The notes: a model not told the origin generated them from the sequence alone. DNA of 64,000 bases from an uncultured Gemmatimonadales bacterium (GCA_963828735.1 CAWHFW010000005.1:832001-896000); one strand, 5' to 3'; shown: positions 19,498 through 31,131, counted from the first letter of the stretch. Program-made: numbers and translations.

Positions 19498-22143
19498 GTG
19501 GACACGACAGAAATCGGCCGCCTTTCGGCAGCGCTGGCCGACCGCTATGTCATCGAGCGCGAACTCGGGCGCGGCGGGATGGCCACGGTTTATCTGGCTC
19601 GGGACCTCAAGCACGACCGCCCGGTCGCCCTCAAGGTGCTGCTGCCCGAGCCCGCCGCCTCGCTCGGGCCTGACCGCTTCCAACGCGAGATCAAGCTCGC
19701 CGCCCGTCTCCAGCACCCCCACATTCTCACCGTCCACGACTCAGGGGAGGCCGCCGCGCACCTCTGGTTCACCATGCCGTACGTCGAGGGCGAGTCGCTC
19801 CGGGATCGGCTGCGGCGCGAGCGGCAGCTCCCCGTGGACGAGGCCCTTCGGATCACCCGCGAGGCGGCGCTGGCGCTGGATTACGCCCATCAGGAGGGCG
19901 TGGTCCACCGTGACATCAAGCCCGAAAACCTGCTGCTCACCAAGGACGGCAGCACGCTGGTCGCCGACTTCGGCATCGCGCGAGTCCTGGGGGCCGACGA
20001 GCACCTGACCCAGACGGGATCGACCACGGGCACCCCGGCCTATATGAGCCCGGAGCAGGCGAGCGGAGACAAGCCGGTCGACGCCCGCACCGACGAATAC
20101 TCGCTCGGCTGCGTCCTGTACGAGATGCTGGCTGGCGAGCCGCCGTTCACGGGCTCAACCGCGTGGGCGATCATCGCGAAGTGGTTCACGGAGCCGATCC
20201 CGAGCGTGCGGGGGAGGCGGCCCGACGTGCCGGAGGGCGTCGACCTGGCGATCCAGCGGGCCCTCGCGCAGTCCGCCGAGGACCGGTTCGCCACGATGGC
20301 CGAATTCGTCCGGGCGCTTCAAGGAGCGCCAACCGGGTTCACACCCGACCCGACTCGTACCGCCTCGCGGTCGCCCGCGGCGGCCGGCCGCTGGCGCGCG
20401 CCGGTGGCGGCTGTCATGCTGGGGCTCGGCGTGCTCGTCACCGGTGCGGTCTTCGCCTGGCGACGTACTCACGCGGGCGTGAGCGAGAGCGCCGGGCCCA
20501 GGGTGCTCGCGGTGCTCCCGTTCGAGAACCTGGGCGACTCGGCCGACGCCTACTTCGCCGACGGGGTCGCGGAGGCGGTGCGGGGCAAGCTCTCGCGCCT
20601 CGTGGGTCTGGACGTCATCGCCCGCGGAAGCTCCAACCAGTACCGCCACACCACGAAGGCGCCGGAGGAGATCGCGCGCGAGCTGGGCGCCGACTACCTG
20701 CTGACGGCCACGGTGCGATGGGAGAAGGCGCCGGGCGGCGGGAGCCGGGTGCGGGTCACGCCCGAGCTGGTGGACGTAGGGCCCGGGCGTGCCCCGCGCA
20801 CGCGGTGGCAGGAATCGTTCGATGCTTCGCTGACCGACGTGTTCCAGGTGCAAGCCGACATTGCGACGACGGTGGCAGGTGCGCTCGACGTGGCCTTGGG
20901 TGACAGTGCGCGTCGCGAGCTGGCAACCCAGCCGACTCACAACCTGGCGGCGTACGACGCCTTCCTGAAAGGCGAGGCCGCTTCGCAGTCGATGGGCGTA
21001 AGCCTTCCGTCGAGTCTGCGGCCAGCCATCGGCTTCTACGAGCAGGCGGTGGCGCTCGACTCGTCGTTCGTGATGGCATGGGCCCAGCTCGCCCGTGCGC
21101 GCTCCCTTCTCTACGTCAACAGCACTCCCACGCCTGAGGTGGGAGCGCAGGCCCGCCAGGCGGCGGAGCGGGCCCAAGCGCTCGGTCCCGACCGGCCCGA
21201 CGGACCGCAGGCGCTGGGTACGTACTACTCGTTCGTGGTGGGGGACAACCGGCAGGCGCTCGCGGCGTACGAGGCCGGACTCAGGTTGGCGCCGAACAAC
21301 GTCGACCTACTCGGGTTGGTGGCCTCGGCTGAGCAGCGCTTGGGCCGTTGGGACGCGGCGCTCACGCATCTCAGCAAGGCGGGTACCCTCGACCCACGCT
21401 CGGCTAACCCGCCTCGACTCATCGGGACTGCGCTACTCTTGCTGCGGCGCTATCCCGAAGCCCAGGCCGCGCTGAACCGTGCCGCCACACTCGCCCCCAC
21501 CAACCTTCCCGTCATCGCGTTCAAGGTCATGGTGGCCCTCGCCCAGGGTGATCTCGCCGGCGCCCGGGCCATCATACGCACGGCCCTCACGACCTTCGAG
21601 CCGGCGGCGCTGATCGCTTCCTTGGGAAACTATTGGGACCTCTACTGGCCACTGGATAACGCCCAACAGCTGCAGCTCCTCGCACTGCCGCCGAGTGCCT
21701 TTGACAACGACCGGGCCGCCTGGGCCCTCGTGCGCGCCGAGACCGAACACCTCCGCGGGCGTCCGGCCGAGGCTCGGGTCTACGCCGACACGGCTCGGCT
21801 GGCCTATGAGGAGCAGCTCCGGGCGGCACCCCAGGACCCCCAGCGACACGCCTACCGGGGTGTGGCCCTAGCCTACCTGGGCCGGAAGGCGGAGGCGATT
21901 CAGGAAGGAAGGCGAGCGATCGCGCTCATGCCCGTCAGCCGGGACGCCCTCATAGGGGCCTACCTCCAACACCAGCTCGTGCGCATCTACCTGCTCGTGG
22001 GCGAGCCGGAGAACGCGCTCGACCAGCTCGAGCCCCTGCTCAGGATGCCGTATCACCTCTCGCCCGGCTGGCTCCGGATCGACCCCACGTTCGCCCCGCT
22101 CCGGGGCAACCCGCGCTTCGAACAGCTGGTGAACGGGACATGA
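19498..22143 (+). CDS. Hanks-type Ser/Thr kinase with hydrophobic segment, TolB-N-like domain and TPR repeats
   Basis: GRGGMATVY, VALK, HRDIKPEN, DFG, GTPAYMSPEQ; LAVLPFENLG..YFADG; TPR-like helices. Confidence 0.93.
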   Translation: MDTTEIGRLSAALADRYVIERELGRGGMATVYLARDLKHDRPVALKVLLPEPAASLGPDRFQREIKLAARLQHPHILTVHDSGEAAAHLWFTMPYVEGESLRDRLRRERQLPVDEALRITREAALALDYAHQEGVVHRDIKPENLLLTKDGSTLVADFGIARVLGADEHLTQTGSTTGTPAYMSPEQASGDKPVDARTDEYSLGCVLYEMLAGEPPFTGSTAWAIIAKWFTEPIPSVRGRRPDVPEGVDLAIQRALAQSAEDRFATMAEFVRALQGAPTGFTPDPTRTASRSPAAAGRWRAPVAAVMLGLGVLVTGAVFAWRRTHAGVSESAGPRVLAVLPFENLGDSADAYFADGVAEAVRGKLSRLVGLDVIARGSSNQYRHTTKAPEEIARELGADYLLTATVRWEKAPGGGSRVRVTPELVDVGPGRAPRTRWQESFDASLTDVFQVQADIATTVAGALDVALGDSARRELATQPTHNLAAYDAFLKGEAASQSMGVSLPSSLRPAIGFYEQAVALDSSFVMAWAQLARARSLLYVNSTPTPEVGAQARQAAERAQALGPDRPDGPQALGTYYSFVVGDNRQALAAYEAGLRLAPNNVDLLGLVASAEQRLGRWDAALTHLSKAGTLDPRSANPPRLIGTALLLLRRYPEAQAALNRAATLAPTNLPVIAFKVMVALAQGDLAGARAIIRTALTTFEPAALIASLGNYWDLYWPLDNAQQLQLLALPPSAFDNDRAAWALVRAETEHLRGRPAEARVYADTARLAYEEQLRAAPQDPQRHAYRGVALAYLGRKAEAIQEGRRAIALMPVSRDALIGAYLQHQLVRIYLLVGEPENALDQLEPLLRMPYHLSPGWLRIDPTFAPLRGNPRFEQLVNGT

Positions 22144-22247
22144 CGCTCGATCTTTGGGCGCGGTTTGAGAGTTGATTAGTGGGTTGGTACGTGCTCGAGC
22201 GCGAGTAGGGTCCTCTGCTCTTGTCGGGCTGTCTCCCCGTCATTAGA

Positions 22248-22299
22248 ACTTAGGATCCTGTCCCGCAAGGGCTGCGGGTTCGACTCCCGCCGTTCGCAT
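22248..22299 (+). repeat. Duplicated 3' part of tRNA-Leu (att-like)
   Basis: ACTTAGGATCCTGTCCCGCAAGGGCTGCGGGTTCGACTCCCGCCGTTCGCAT, 51/52 identical to 19108-19159. Confidence 0.92.
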
Positions 22300-22329
22300 C
22301 TCCTTCTGGTCAACCACTTGCCCGCCCTC

Positions 22330-23235
22330 ATGACGGCTTCATCCAACCCCGTGACCGCCTCGTTGCGGCAGCCCGCGCTCCGGTCGCCCGAATTCGGACT
22401 GGCCCTTGGGCTCGTCGTCGGGCGCTTCGCGCTCGACATGCAGGACCTTCATTACGGCTACTGGACCGACGACCTCGAGCTGACGCCGCAGAACCTGGCG
22501 CGAGCCCAGGCCCGCTACACCGACGAGCTGATGGCCGACATTCCCCCCGGCGTGCGCTCGATTCTCGACGTCGGCTGCGGGGCGGGCAACACGGCGCGCA
22601 AACTGCTCGAGCGGGGCTACGAGGTCGACTGCGTCTCGCCCAACGCCTGGCTCACCTCGGAAGCCCGCAAGGTGCTGGGAACCCAGGCCCGGGTCTTCGC
22701 GTCCAAGTTCGAGGACCTCACCCTGGACCGGACCTACGACCTGATCCTCTTCAGCGAAAGCTTCCTCTTCATGAAGGCGGAGCGGGCGCTGGCGAAAGCG
22801 GAATCCGCGCTCCGGCCGGGCGGTTACATCCTGATCTCCGACATCTTCAAGGTTCCCGCCGACCAGAAGAGCCCGATCGGCGGGGGCCAGGACCTGCGCC
22901 GCTATCGCGCGCTGCTCGCCGCCTCGCGCTTCACCCAGCTCAAGGACACGGACATGACGGCGAATATCGCGCCGACGTTCGATCTTCTGAGCCGGGCCTA
23001 CGCCGAGGCGATCGGCCCCGCGTATGGGCTCATCCTCGCCAGGCTCGATGCGTCGTACCCCCGACTGATGAAGTTCGTCCGCTGGAAGTGGCGGGCCAGG
23101 ATCGCTCGCCTCGAGCAAAAGCACTTCGGCGGCAAGCGCGATGGTGCGCACTTCATGAGGCACAAGTCGTATCGGAGGATGCTGTATCAACTCAGGACCG
23201 AGGCTCCTGCGAGTCATCAAGGCATCATGCCCTGA
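22330..23235 (+). CDS. Class I SAM-dependent methyltransferase
   Basis: LHYGYW, ILDVGCGAG, YDLILFSES, LRPGGYILISD. Confidence 0.88.
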   Translation: MTASSNPVTASLRQPALRSPEFGLALGLVVGRFALDMQDLHYGYWTDDLELTPQNLARAQARYTDELMADIPPGVRSILDVGCGAGNTARKLLERGYEVDCVSPNAWLTSEARKVLGTQARVFASKFEDLTLDRTYDLILFSESFLFMKAERALAKAESALRPGGYILISDIFKVPADQKSPIGGGQDLRRYRALLAASRFTQLKDTDMTANIAPTFDLLSRAYAEAIGPAYGLILARLDASYPRLMKFVRWKWRARIARLEQKHFGGKRDGAHFMRHKSYRRMLYQLRTEAPASHQGIMP

Positions 23236-23351
23236 AGGCGGGTGGCTGCGGACGTCTTCGCTGGCGATGGGACGGCCGCGGCGGCCCCTGGTGCTCAGCG
23301 GGGTCACGAAAATTGCGTCCGGGGACGACGCCAGGGTAAATTGCCCGCACG

Positions 23352-24605
23352 ATGTCCCAGATCACCGTCGAGAAAACCGCCGAGGATTCCGCCTCCAAGT
23401 CGCTCCGAGTGACCGTCCCGGTCGACCGCGTCCGCGAGGCCGAGGCCAAGGCGTTGAGCTACTACGTGCAGCGGGCGCGGCTGCCGGGCTTCCGGCCGGG
23501 TAAGGCGCCCGCGGCCGTCGTCCGGAAGCGGTTCGGCGACGCCATCCGGCAGTCGGTCCTGGAAGAGGTCATCCGGGAGAGCTGGGAGACGGCCCGGACC
23601 ACCGAGTCCCTCAAGCCCATCACCGATCCCTCCATCCGGAACCTCAAGTTCGAGGAGGGGAGTCCGATCGAGTTCGAGCTCCTGGTCGAGGTGCGCCCGG
23701 AGATCAAGCTCGAGCGCACCGGCGGCTTCCGGGTCGAGCGCCAGGTGGCGCCGGTCGCGGACAGCGCCGTCGACGAGCAGCTCGCCCGACTCCAGGAGCA
23801 GAAGGCGACGTGGATTCCGGTCGAAGGCGCCAAGCCGTCGCCGGGGCAGATGGTGCGGGTGGAGGTGGCCCCGCTCGATGAAGCCGGCGCGGGGGCATCC
23901 CAGCCGTACGACCTGGTCCTCGGCCAGAATCAGGCGATCCCGGATCTCGAGGAGCGGATCATGACGCTCCTGCCGGGAGAGCAGGCGGACGCCGAAGTGA
24001 AGTTCCCGGAGGACCACCCGGACGAAAGCCGCCGCGGGCAGACGCGACGCGTCCGCGTCACGCTCCACGACGTGAAGCGCCAGGAGCTCCCGGCACTCGA
24101 CGACGCCTTCGCGCGCGAGGTCGGCGACTTCGAGAATCTCGACGCCCTGCGTGGGGCGGTCCGGCACGATCTGGAGCACGAGGCGACGCGCGAGGCCGAT
24201 GCCCGGCTGCGGCAGGCCGTGATCCAGCAGGTGGTCGACGCCAACAGCGTGCAGGCGCCCGACTCGCTGGTGCACCGGCTGATGCATAACTATGCCGAAA
24301 TGTACCGGGTGCCCCAGGAGCAGCTGTCGCAGTTCGAGCAGCAGTTCCACGAGGTGGCGGCCGCTCAGGTACGGCGCGACCTCGTGCTCGACGCCGTCGT
24401 CGAGGCCAACGGCCTTGGGGCCACCGAGGCGGAGCTCGATCAGCGGGTCGGCGAATTGGCCGCCGCGCGGGGCGTGCCGGCGGGCCAGCTGTACGGCAAC
24501 CTGCAGAAGGCGAACCGGCTCCCGGAGCTCGAGCGCGCCATTACCGAGGAAAAGGCGTTCGCCTGGCTCCTCCAGCAGTCCACAATCGACGAGGTGAAGT
24601 CTTGA
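23352..24605 (+). CDS. tig: Trigger factor
   Basis: [10 protein letters not shown] signature, FKBP-like middle domain, synteny with clpP/clpX. Confidence 0.95.
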   Translation: MSQITVEKTAEDSASKSLRVTVPVDRVREAEAKALSYYVQRARLPGFRPGKAPAAVVRKRFGDAIRQSVLEEVIRESWETARTTESLKPITDPSIRNLKFEEGSPIEFELLVEVRPEIKLERTGGFRVERQVAPVADSAVDEQLARLQEQKATWIPVEGAKPSPGQMVRVEVAPLDEAGAGASQPYDLVLGQNQAIPDLEERIMTLLPGEQADAEVKFPEDHPDESRRGQTRRVRVTLHDVKRQELPALDDAFAREVGDFENLDALRGAVRHDLEHEATREADARLRQAVIQQVVDANSVQAPDSLVHRLMHNYAEMYRVPQEQLSQFEQQFHEVAAAQVRRDLVLDAVVEANGLGATEAELDQRVGELAAARGVPAGQLYGNLQKANRLPELERAITEEKAFAWLLQQSTIDEVKS

Positions 24606-24607
24606 CG

Positions 24608-25234
24608 ATGGCCACGCTCTATCCGCCCTACATCATCGAGCGATCAAGCCGCGGCGAGCGGACGTACGACATCTTCTCGCGGCTGCTCATGGACCGGATC
24701 GTGTTCCTGGGCGCCCCGATCAACGATGACGTCGCGAACATCATCATCGCCCAGCTCCTGTTCCTCGAGGCCGACAACCCCGACAAGGACATCTACCTCT
24801 ACATCAACTCTCCCGGCGGCGTGGTCTCGGCGGGCATGGCGATCTACGACACCATGCAGCATCTGCGCGCCCCGGTGAACACCATCTGCATGGGCATGGC
24901 CGCCTCCATGGGCTCGTTCCTCCTCGCGGCGGGCACCAAGGGCAAGCGGAGCGCCCTGCCCCACTCCCGGATCATGATCCACCAGCCCTCGGGTGGCGCC
25001 CAGGGCACCGCGGCCGACATCGAGATCCAGGCGCGGGAGATCCTCTATCTCCGCAGCAAGATGAACGCGCTGTACGCCCAGCATACCGGCCAACCGATCG
25101 AGACGATCGAGCGCGACATGGACCGCGACCGGTTCATGAGCGCCGAGGAGGCCAAGGCGTACGGTCTCATCGACAGCGTCTTCACCCCGCGGAAGGACCT
25201 GGTTCCGCACACGGACGGGAAGAAAGAGACTTGA
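24608..25234 (+). CDS. clpP: ATP-dependent Clp protease proteolytic subunit
   Basis: [28 protein letters not shown]. Confidence 0.97.
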   Translation: MATLYPPYIIERSSRGERTYDIFSRLLMDRIVFLGAPINDDVANIIIAQLLFLEADNPDKDIYLYINSPGGVVSAGMAIYDTMQHLRAPVNTICMGMAASMGSFLLAAGTKGKRSALPHSRIMIHQPSGGAQGTAADIEIQAREILYLRSKMNALYAQHTGQPIETIERDMDRDRFMSAEEAKAYGLIDSVFTPRKDLVPHTDGKKET

Positions 25235-25298
25235 CGCTTCCGGTGCCGGGGTCCACCTTTCCCCGACACCACCCTCACCTCCATCGCGACGCGGCTCC

Positions 25299-26542
<1,244 letters not shown>

Positions 26543-26546
<4 letters not shown>

Positions 26547-27241
26547 GGCGGGCGGTCAAACGAGCGGACGATCGGGCGACCGCATCGTCCGGGGATCGGC
26601 CCGATCCCGCGACGCCCGCTCGAGTCCCTGATCGCCCGATCGCCCGATCGCCCCTCGCCGCCCAACCCATCGAATTCGTCGGATCGTTCCCAGACCCGCT
26701 GGTCCCGCTCGCGGCGCCTCTTCCGGAGGTGGCGCTGATCGGTCGCTCCAACGTCGGCAAATCCAGTCTGCTCAACGCGCTGGCCGGGCGCCCGGGGCTC
26801 GCCCGCGTGAGCGGCACGCCGGGCAAGACCACCCTGCTCAATGTCTTCCGGCTCCCGACGTTCTTCCTCGTGGACTTGCCCGGCTACGGGTTCGCGCGGG
26901 CCAGCAAGCCGGCCCGGGCCGGCTACCGCCGGTTGGTGGATCGGTACCTGCTGGAGCGGCCCACGCTCGGCGGTGTCGTCTGGCTCCTGGACGTTCGCCA
27001 CCAGCCGTCGAAGGAGGACCGGGCGATGCAGGAGCTGCTGATCCGAAGCGGCCGGCCCGTGCTGGTGGCGCTCACCAAGGCCGACAAGCTCACCCGCTCC
27101 GCCCAGGCCGCCCGCACCCGCGAGCTCGCCACGGCCCTGGGCTTGCATGAGGACCAGGTGCAGCTGACCAGCAGCACGTCCCTGCTCGGCATCGCCGAGC
27201 TCGCCGAGAGCATCATCGCCGCCGTAGGAGGCACCGCATGA
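26543..27241 (+). CDS. engB: Ribosome biogenesis GTPase YihA/YsxC
   Basis: [24 protein letters not shown]; follows clpX; GTG start overlapping clpX stop is tentative. Confidence 0.9.
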
Positions 27242-27930
27242 AGAGTTCGGCCAGAGTGTGGTCTCTGCTCGTCCTCGCGGCGGTCGCGGGCGGCCGGGCC
27301 GGCGAGGCCCAGGTCGGCGGCGGTGCGGCCGTGAACATGCCGCCGGGTGGGTACGGATCGCTTACGCAGAACGACCTCGCGCTCAGGATCAAGACACCCG
27401 ACGTCGAAGTCCGGTTCGTGCCGCTCGACGCACGGGTCACCCGGCTGCTGGCGAAGGACAGCTGGGAGTCGCTCCGGTCCGTCGTGGAGTCGCGCCGCCC
27501 GGCGATCGACTCGGTCGCCCACGCGAACGGCGTCTCACGGCCGGGCCTGGCGCTGGTCACGTTCTACGGCCAGCGCACCAACGCCCGCTTCGAACCCCAG
27601 ACGCTCACCGTCATGGCCCGAAGCCGCGAGTTCCGTCCGCTCGGCATCGTACCCTACAGCGGTCAGTTCACCTCGCAGCAACTCGACGTGCGGGAGCAGG
27701 TGAGCGGGATCTTCCTCTTCGAGGAGGACCTGCCGGTCAACGACTCGTTCACCTTCCTGTACGCGGGGATAACATCAGACGATTGGCAGGGAAAGCAGCG
27801 TACTCTGGATCGGGAGCGGGCGCGCGTCGCATCCCGCGAGCGGGCGAGTGTCCGGGAAACGACGACGAGCTCGTCGGGCGGGGCCGACTCCGTTGCAACC
27901 GACTCGACGGCGGCGGGCAGCGCGCGCTGA
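27238..27930 (+). CDS. Exported hypothetical protein
   Basis: Signal peptide, ATGA overlap with yihA, GGAGG RBS. Confidence 0.75.
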   Translation: MKSSARVWSLLVLAAVAGGRAGEAQVGGGAAVNMPPGGYGSLTQNDLALRIKTPDVEVRFVPLDARVTRLLAKDSWESLRSVVESRRPAIDSVAHANGVSRPGLALVTFYGQRTNARFEPQTLTVMARSREFRPLGIVPYSGQFTSQQLDVREQVSGIFLFEEDLPVNDSFTFLYAGITSDDWQGKQRTLDRERARVASRERASVRETTTSSSGGADSVATDSTAAGSAR

Positions 27931-27953
27931 GCCGCCGAGCGATGGCGAACCAT

Positions 27954-27984
27954 CGAAGGGGCACGCGCCGCGCGTGCCCCTTCG
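27954..27984. terminator. Hairpin between convergent genes
   Basis: Perfect 14-bp stem CGAAGGGGCACGCG-CCG-CGCGTGCCCCTTCG. Confidence 0.6.
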
Positions 27985-27990
27985 CCGCGT

Positions 27991-28944
27991 TCAGGTGCGG
28001 GTGATGGTCCAGGACCGCAGGACGCCGGCGTAACGCGACGGCGAGACCAGCATCGCAGTGGACAGCGCGTCGGCCTCGAGGCCGGTTCGCGCGAGCACGG
28101 TGGCCTGGACCAGGGCTGCCGCGGGATATCCTGTCGCCGGGTTCATGACGTGTCCCCGGATCGCTCGTCCCCAATGGACCACCGAGACGGTGTTGGCCGA
28201 GGTGGCGAGCGCCGCATCGCGGAGCCGAACGCTGCCGCTTCTGCCGTCGACGCGCGCCGGATCGGCGATCTCCACCAGCCAGCCCGGCTCGCCCGGCGGC
28301 GCACCGATGGCCAGACAGTCGCCGCTCACGTCGAGGAACGCCCGGCGGATTCCGGCGCCGCGCAGCAGGGCCGCCATCCGATCCAGGCCATAGCCGACGC
28401 CGATGCCACCCAGATCGAGCTGGGCGGAGGCACTTGCGAGGGTCGCCGATCGCCCGGTGAGGCTCACGCGGGCCGCACGCACCGCCTCGCGCGCCGCCGC
28501 GAGCTCGGTCGAGGTCGGCGGCGAGGTGCGTCGCGCGTGGAAGCCCCACGCGCGCATGAGCGGCTCGATCGCGGGATCGAATGCGCCGTCGGTGAGCGCG
28601 CGGAACCGCTCGGCGGCGTGGAGCACGGTCCCGAGGTCCTGTCCGATCACCTGCGGCCCGCGACCCGCCGCGCGGTTGAGCGCGGAGAGATCGCTCGCCT
28701 CGTCGAACCGCGAGAGGGCACCCTCGACCCGGCGCAGCTCGCCCAGGGCTGCCTGGGCCACCTCGTACCCCGCGGCCTCCGAGGCCGCGAAGAGCTGCAG
28801 ATGGACCGTCTGCCCCATGGCCCACGACCAGCGCTCCACGAACACCTCTCCCCCGAGGCCGCCGGCCGCCGCGGCGAGCCAACGCGGCGAGAGGGCCCCG
28901 GCGAGCCCGACACCCAGCGCTCCCAGGAAGTCCCGCCGTCTCAC
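27991..28944 (-). CDS. apbE: FAD:protein FMN transferase ApbE with Tat signal
   Basis: RRRDFL twin-arginine leader, AMGQ, TDGAFDP, LDLGGIGVGY, SGD, ATSA, HVMNPATG, ADALSTA. Confidence 0.9.
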   Translation of the reverse strand: MRRRDFLGALGVGLAGALSPRWLAAAAGGLGGEVFVERWSWAMGQTVHLQLFAASEAAGYEVAQAALGELRRVEGALSRFDEASDLSALNRAAGRGPQVIGQDLGTVLHAAERFRALTDGAFDPAIEPLMRAWGFHARRTSPPTSTELAAAREAVRAARVSLTGRSATLASASAQLDLGGIGVGYGLDRMAALLRGAGIRRAFLDVSGDCLAIGAPPGEPGWLVEIADPARVDGRSGSVRLRDAALATSANTVSVVHWGRAIRGHVMNPATGYPAAALVQATVLARTGLEADALSTAMLVSPSRYAGVLRSWTITRT

Positions 28945-29450
28945 GCCGTCCCCCGGAGGCCCGCGAGCTCGCGCAGGATGAACCAGGACTGCACGTAGAA
29001 CGTGAGCGCCATCAGCCCGCTCGAGAGCGACAGGAGCCAGCTGAAGCGGGCGTCGACGTAGCGCATGAGCCACATCGACGAAAACGAGACCAGCAGGGCG
29101 ACGAACGGCTCGACGACCAGGATCTGCCGCCAACGCGGCCCGGGCCGCTCGCACAAGGCCAGCGCGAGGCCACTGACGATGAAGATCGCCGCCATGCTCA
29201 GCAGGTGCGTGTGTGTGATGTTGAGCATTTCGGCGTAGGGCTTGGGGAACTTCATCGCCGCGTCGCTGACGGCGGTGGAATCCGTACCGCGATACTGATC
29301 GGCGACCCCGGGCGGGGTCATGCCAGTGGTGTGGTGGATGAAGACCAGGCCGGTGGTGTACCCCACCAGCTGGACGATGGTCGCCCAGAAGCCGAGGGCC
29401 CGGAGGACGGGGGAGGCCTGTCTCCAGGTGGGGCCGGGCTCGGCCGTCAC
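28941..29450 (-). CDS. Four-TM membrane protein with THTH motif (unknown function)
   Basis: Four hydrophobic segments, HH after TM1, loop YRG..KFPKPY, MLNITHTHLLSM; GTGA overlaps on both sides. Confidence 0.75.
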   Translation of the reverse strand: MTAEPGPTWRQASPVLRALGFWATIVQLVGYTTGLVFIHHTTGMTPPGVADQYRGTDSTAVSDAAMKFPKPYAEMLNITHTHLLSMAAIFIVSGLALALCERPGPRWRQILVVEPFVALLVSFSSMWLMRYVDARFSWLLSLSSGLMALTFYVQSWFILRELAGLRGTA

Positions 29451-29938
29451 TTGAGCTTTCCCTGAGCGTGCCACGCGGTGAGCTCGGCGAGAGCCTGTCG
29501 GACTCCCCGCGTCACCGCGTTCGAGCTGATGGTGGCCCCCGAGATGTTCTTGATGTCTTTGCCTAGCTGCAGGGGCGCGCCGGCCGTCTTGCCACGGAAC
29601 TGCTTCCGCCACGGGTCATAGGCCACCTCGCCCCCGTACGGCTCGCGATAGGCGAGGATGTCGATGTCGCGCAGGGCGTCCGCCGAATCGATGGCCACGA
29701 GGTAGGTGATCGGCAGCTCCTTGCCCTTCACGTTCCGCACCTGCGCGAAGCCGAGCAGCGCGCCGGCGCGCGAGACGCGGTAGACGGTGGCCGTGTCCAC
29801 GCGAAGGGTGTCTACCTGCGCGCCGGGGCCGTACACGCGCTCGAGCGATTTGGCGAGCTTGCCCGGCGGCGCGGATTGGGCCGCCGCCGGACCGGCGGCG
29901 AGCGCGAGCGCGACCCCGAGGCCCGCCCGCGACGCCAC
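29447..29938 (-). CDS. Exported FMN-binding domain protein (flavinylation substrate)
   Basis: Signal peptide, VKGKELPITY, YREPYGGEV, WRKQFRGK, flavinylation motif DIKNISGATIS. Confidence 0.88.
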   Translation of the reverse strand: MASRAGLGVALALAAGPAAAQSAPPGKLAKSLERVYGPGAQVDTLRVDTATVYRVSRAGALLGFAQVRNVKGKELPITYLVAIDSADALRDIDILAYREPYGGEVAYDPWRKQFRGKTAGAPLQLGKDIKNISGATISSNAVTRGVRQALAELTAWHAQGKLK

Positions 29939-29954
29939 CCTCGTTCCGGAGCGC

Positions 29955-31109
29955 CTAGAACTGATACCCCACCCCCAGGGCCAGCTGCTCGTCCTCGCCC
30001 ACGCCGCCCGCGTTCCGGCGAATCTGGTAGTCGCCCTTGAAGACCACATCGTACACCGGCTTGTACGAGAGACCGACCGTGGTAATCCGTCGCGCAAGCG
30101 CGTCATCCCGTACCACGTTGTCGGGAACACCCGCCTGGGTGTTGTACTGCTCGTAGCGCAGGAACGCGTTCAGCCGCTGCGTGGACGCCGGCGCGAACGC
30201 GGACAGGATGTTGTACGCGCCTTCGACGTAGCCACCCGCGATGCGGCTTCCCACCTGGCCGCCGTAGGCCGCGTTGATCTTCTCGACGTCCGCGATGCTG
30301 ATGTTCGCCACCTCGCCCCGGAACATAAAGGGCCCGACGTCGTACCGCGCGTCGGCGGATACGAGCCCCACGGCGTTGTCGAACGTGCCCGTACCGAGTA
30401 GCGGGTCCTGCGCGGCGCTGCCGCCGTACCAGAACGAGCCGCCGATGCGAAGCCCGGGACGGACCCACTCGAGCCGGCCGGTGAGGGAGGGATTGGCGAA
30501 CGTGGCGTTCTGCCCCTCCTGCCGTCCCTCACGGATGCCCTCCTCCGCGGAGAAGCCGCTCGCCACGAGGCCGTTCAGCACGTACACACGGTAGGTGAGG
30601 CCCGAGGTGCCGAGGTTGCCCACCAGGCCGACGCCGATGTCGCGCCAGGTGGTCGGGATGACGTCGTTGTCGAACGGTGGGCGATCGACGCCGTTGAAGG
30701 TCGGGGGCTCGTGGGTTTCGTTCACGATGCCGATGGGCGGCAGCACGAGGCCGGCGCGGAGCGTCGCCGAGGACGAGAGCGCATAGTCCAGATAGAGCTG
30801 CTCCAGCGCGACCTCGCCGCCTGCCTGGCCGCCCTCGATGCGCGCGTCCTCGACTTCGAGCTCGCTGCGGAACGAGAGCTTGGCGTTGAAGCTGTGGGCG
30901 AGGAACACCACGAAGCGGGCGACGTTCACGCTTCCGGGCGTATCGGGGCCCGTGAGGTTGTGGTAGTGCACCTCGCCGTAGCCGCCGATGGAAGTGTGCT
31001 CCTCGTCCGGAGCCGTTTCCTGGGCCGCGGCGACCGAGATGGGGAGAATGCTGAAGGGGAGAGCGCAGAGCGCGAAGACGGCGGCGGGCAGCGGCGGCAA
31101 GGCGCGCAT
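29955..31109 (-). CDS. Outer-membrane beta-barrel porin
   Basis: Signal peptide, IGGYGEVHY, SELEVE, NETHEP.TFNGVDRP, IPTTW, amphipathic strands, terminal GYQF. Confidence 0.85.
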   Translation of the reverse strand: MRALPPLPAAVFALCALPFSILPISVAAAQETAPDEEHTSIGGYGEVHYHNLTGPDTPGSVNVARFVVFLAHSFNAKLSFRSELEVEDARIEGGQAGGEVALEQLYLDYALSSSATLRAGLVLPPIGIVNETHEPPTFNGVDRPPFDNDVIPTTWRDIGVGLVGNLGTSGLTYRVYVLNGLVASGFSAEEGIREGRQEGQNATFANPSLTGRLEWVRPGLRIGGSFWYGGSAAQDPLLGTGTFDNAVGLVSADARYDVGPFMFRGEVANISIADVEKINAAYGGQVGSRIAGGYVEGAYNILSAFAPASTQRLNAFLRYEQYNTQAGVPDNVVRDDALARRITTVGLSYKPVYDVVFKGDYQIRRNAGGVGEDEQLALGVGYQF

Positions 31110-31131
31110 AAATCCTTTCGAGCAAGACTAG

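Larger units (their letters stand above)
19108..22299. mobile_element. tRNA-Leu-integrated islet (about 3.1 kb, no integrase) bounded by attL/attR-like direct repeats
   Basis: 52-bp direct repeat 19108-19159 / 22248-22299 (one mismatch) equal to the tRNA 3' part from the anticodon arm onward. Confidence 0.8.

Noticed and set aside
22248..22299. Second tRNA-Leu gene
   Set aside because: Lacks the 5' acceptor strand and D arm; it is only an att-like 3' fragment.
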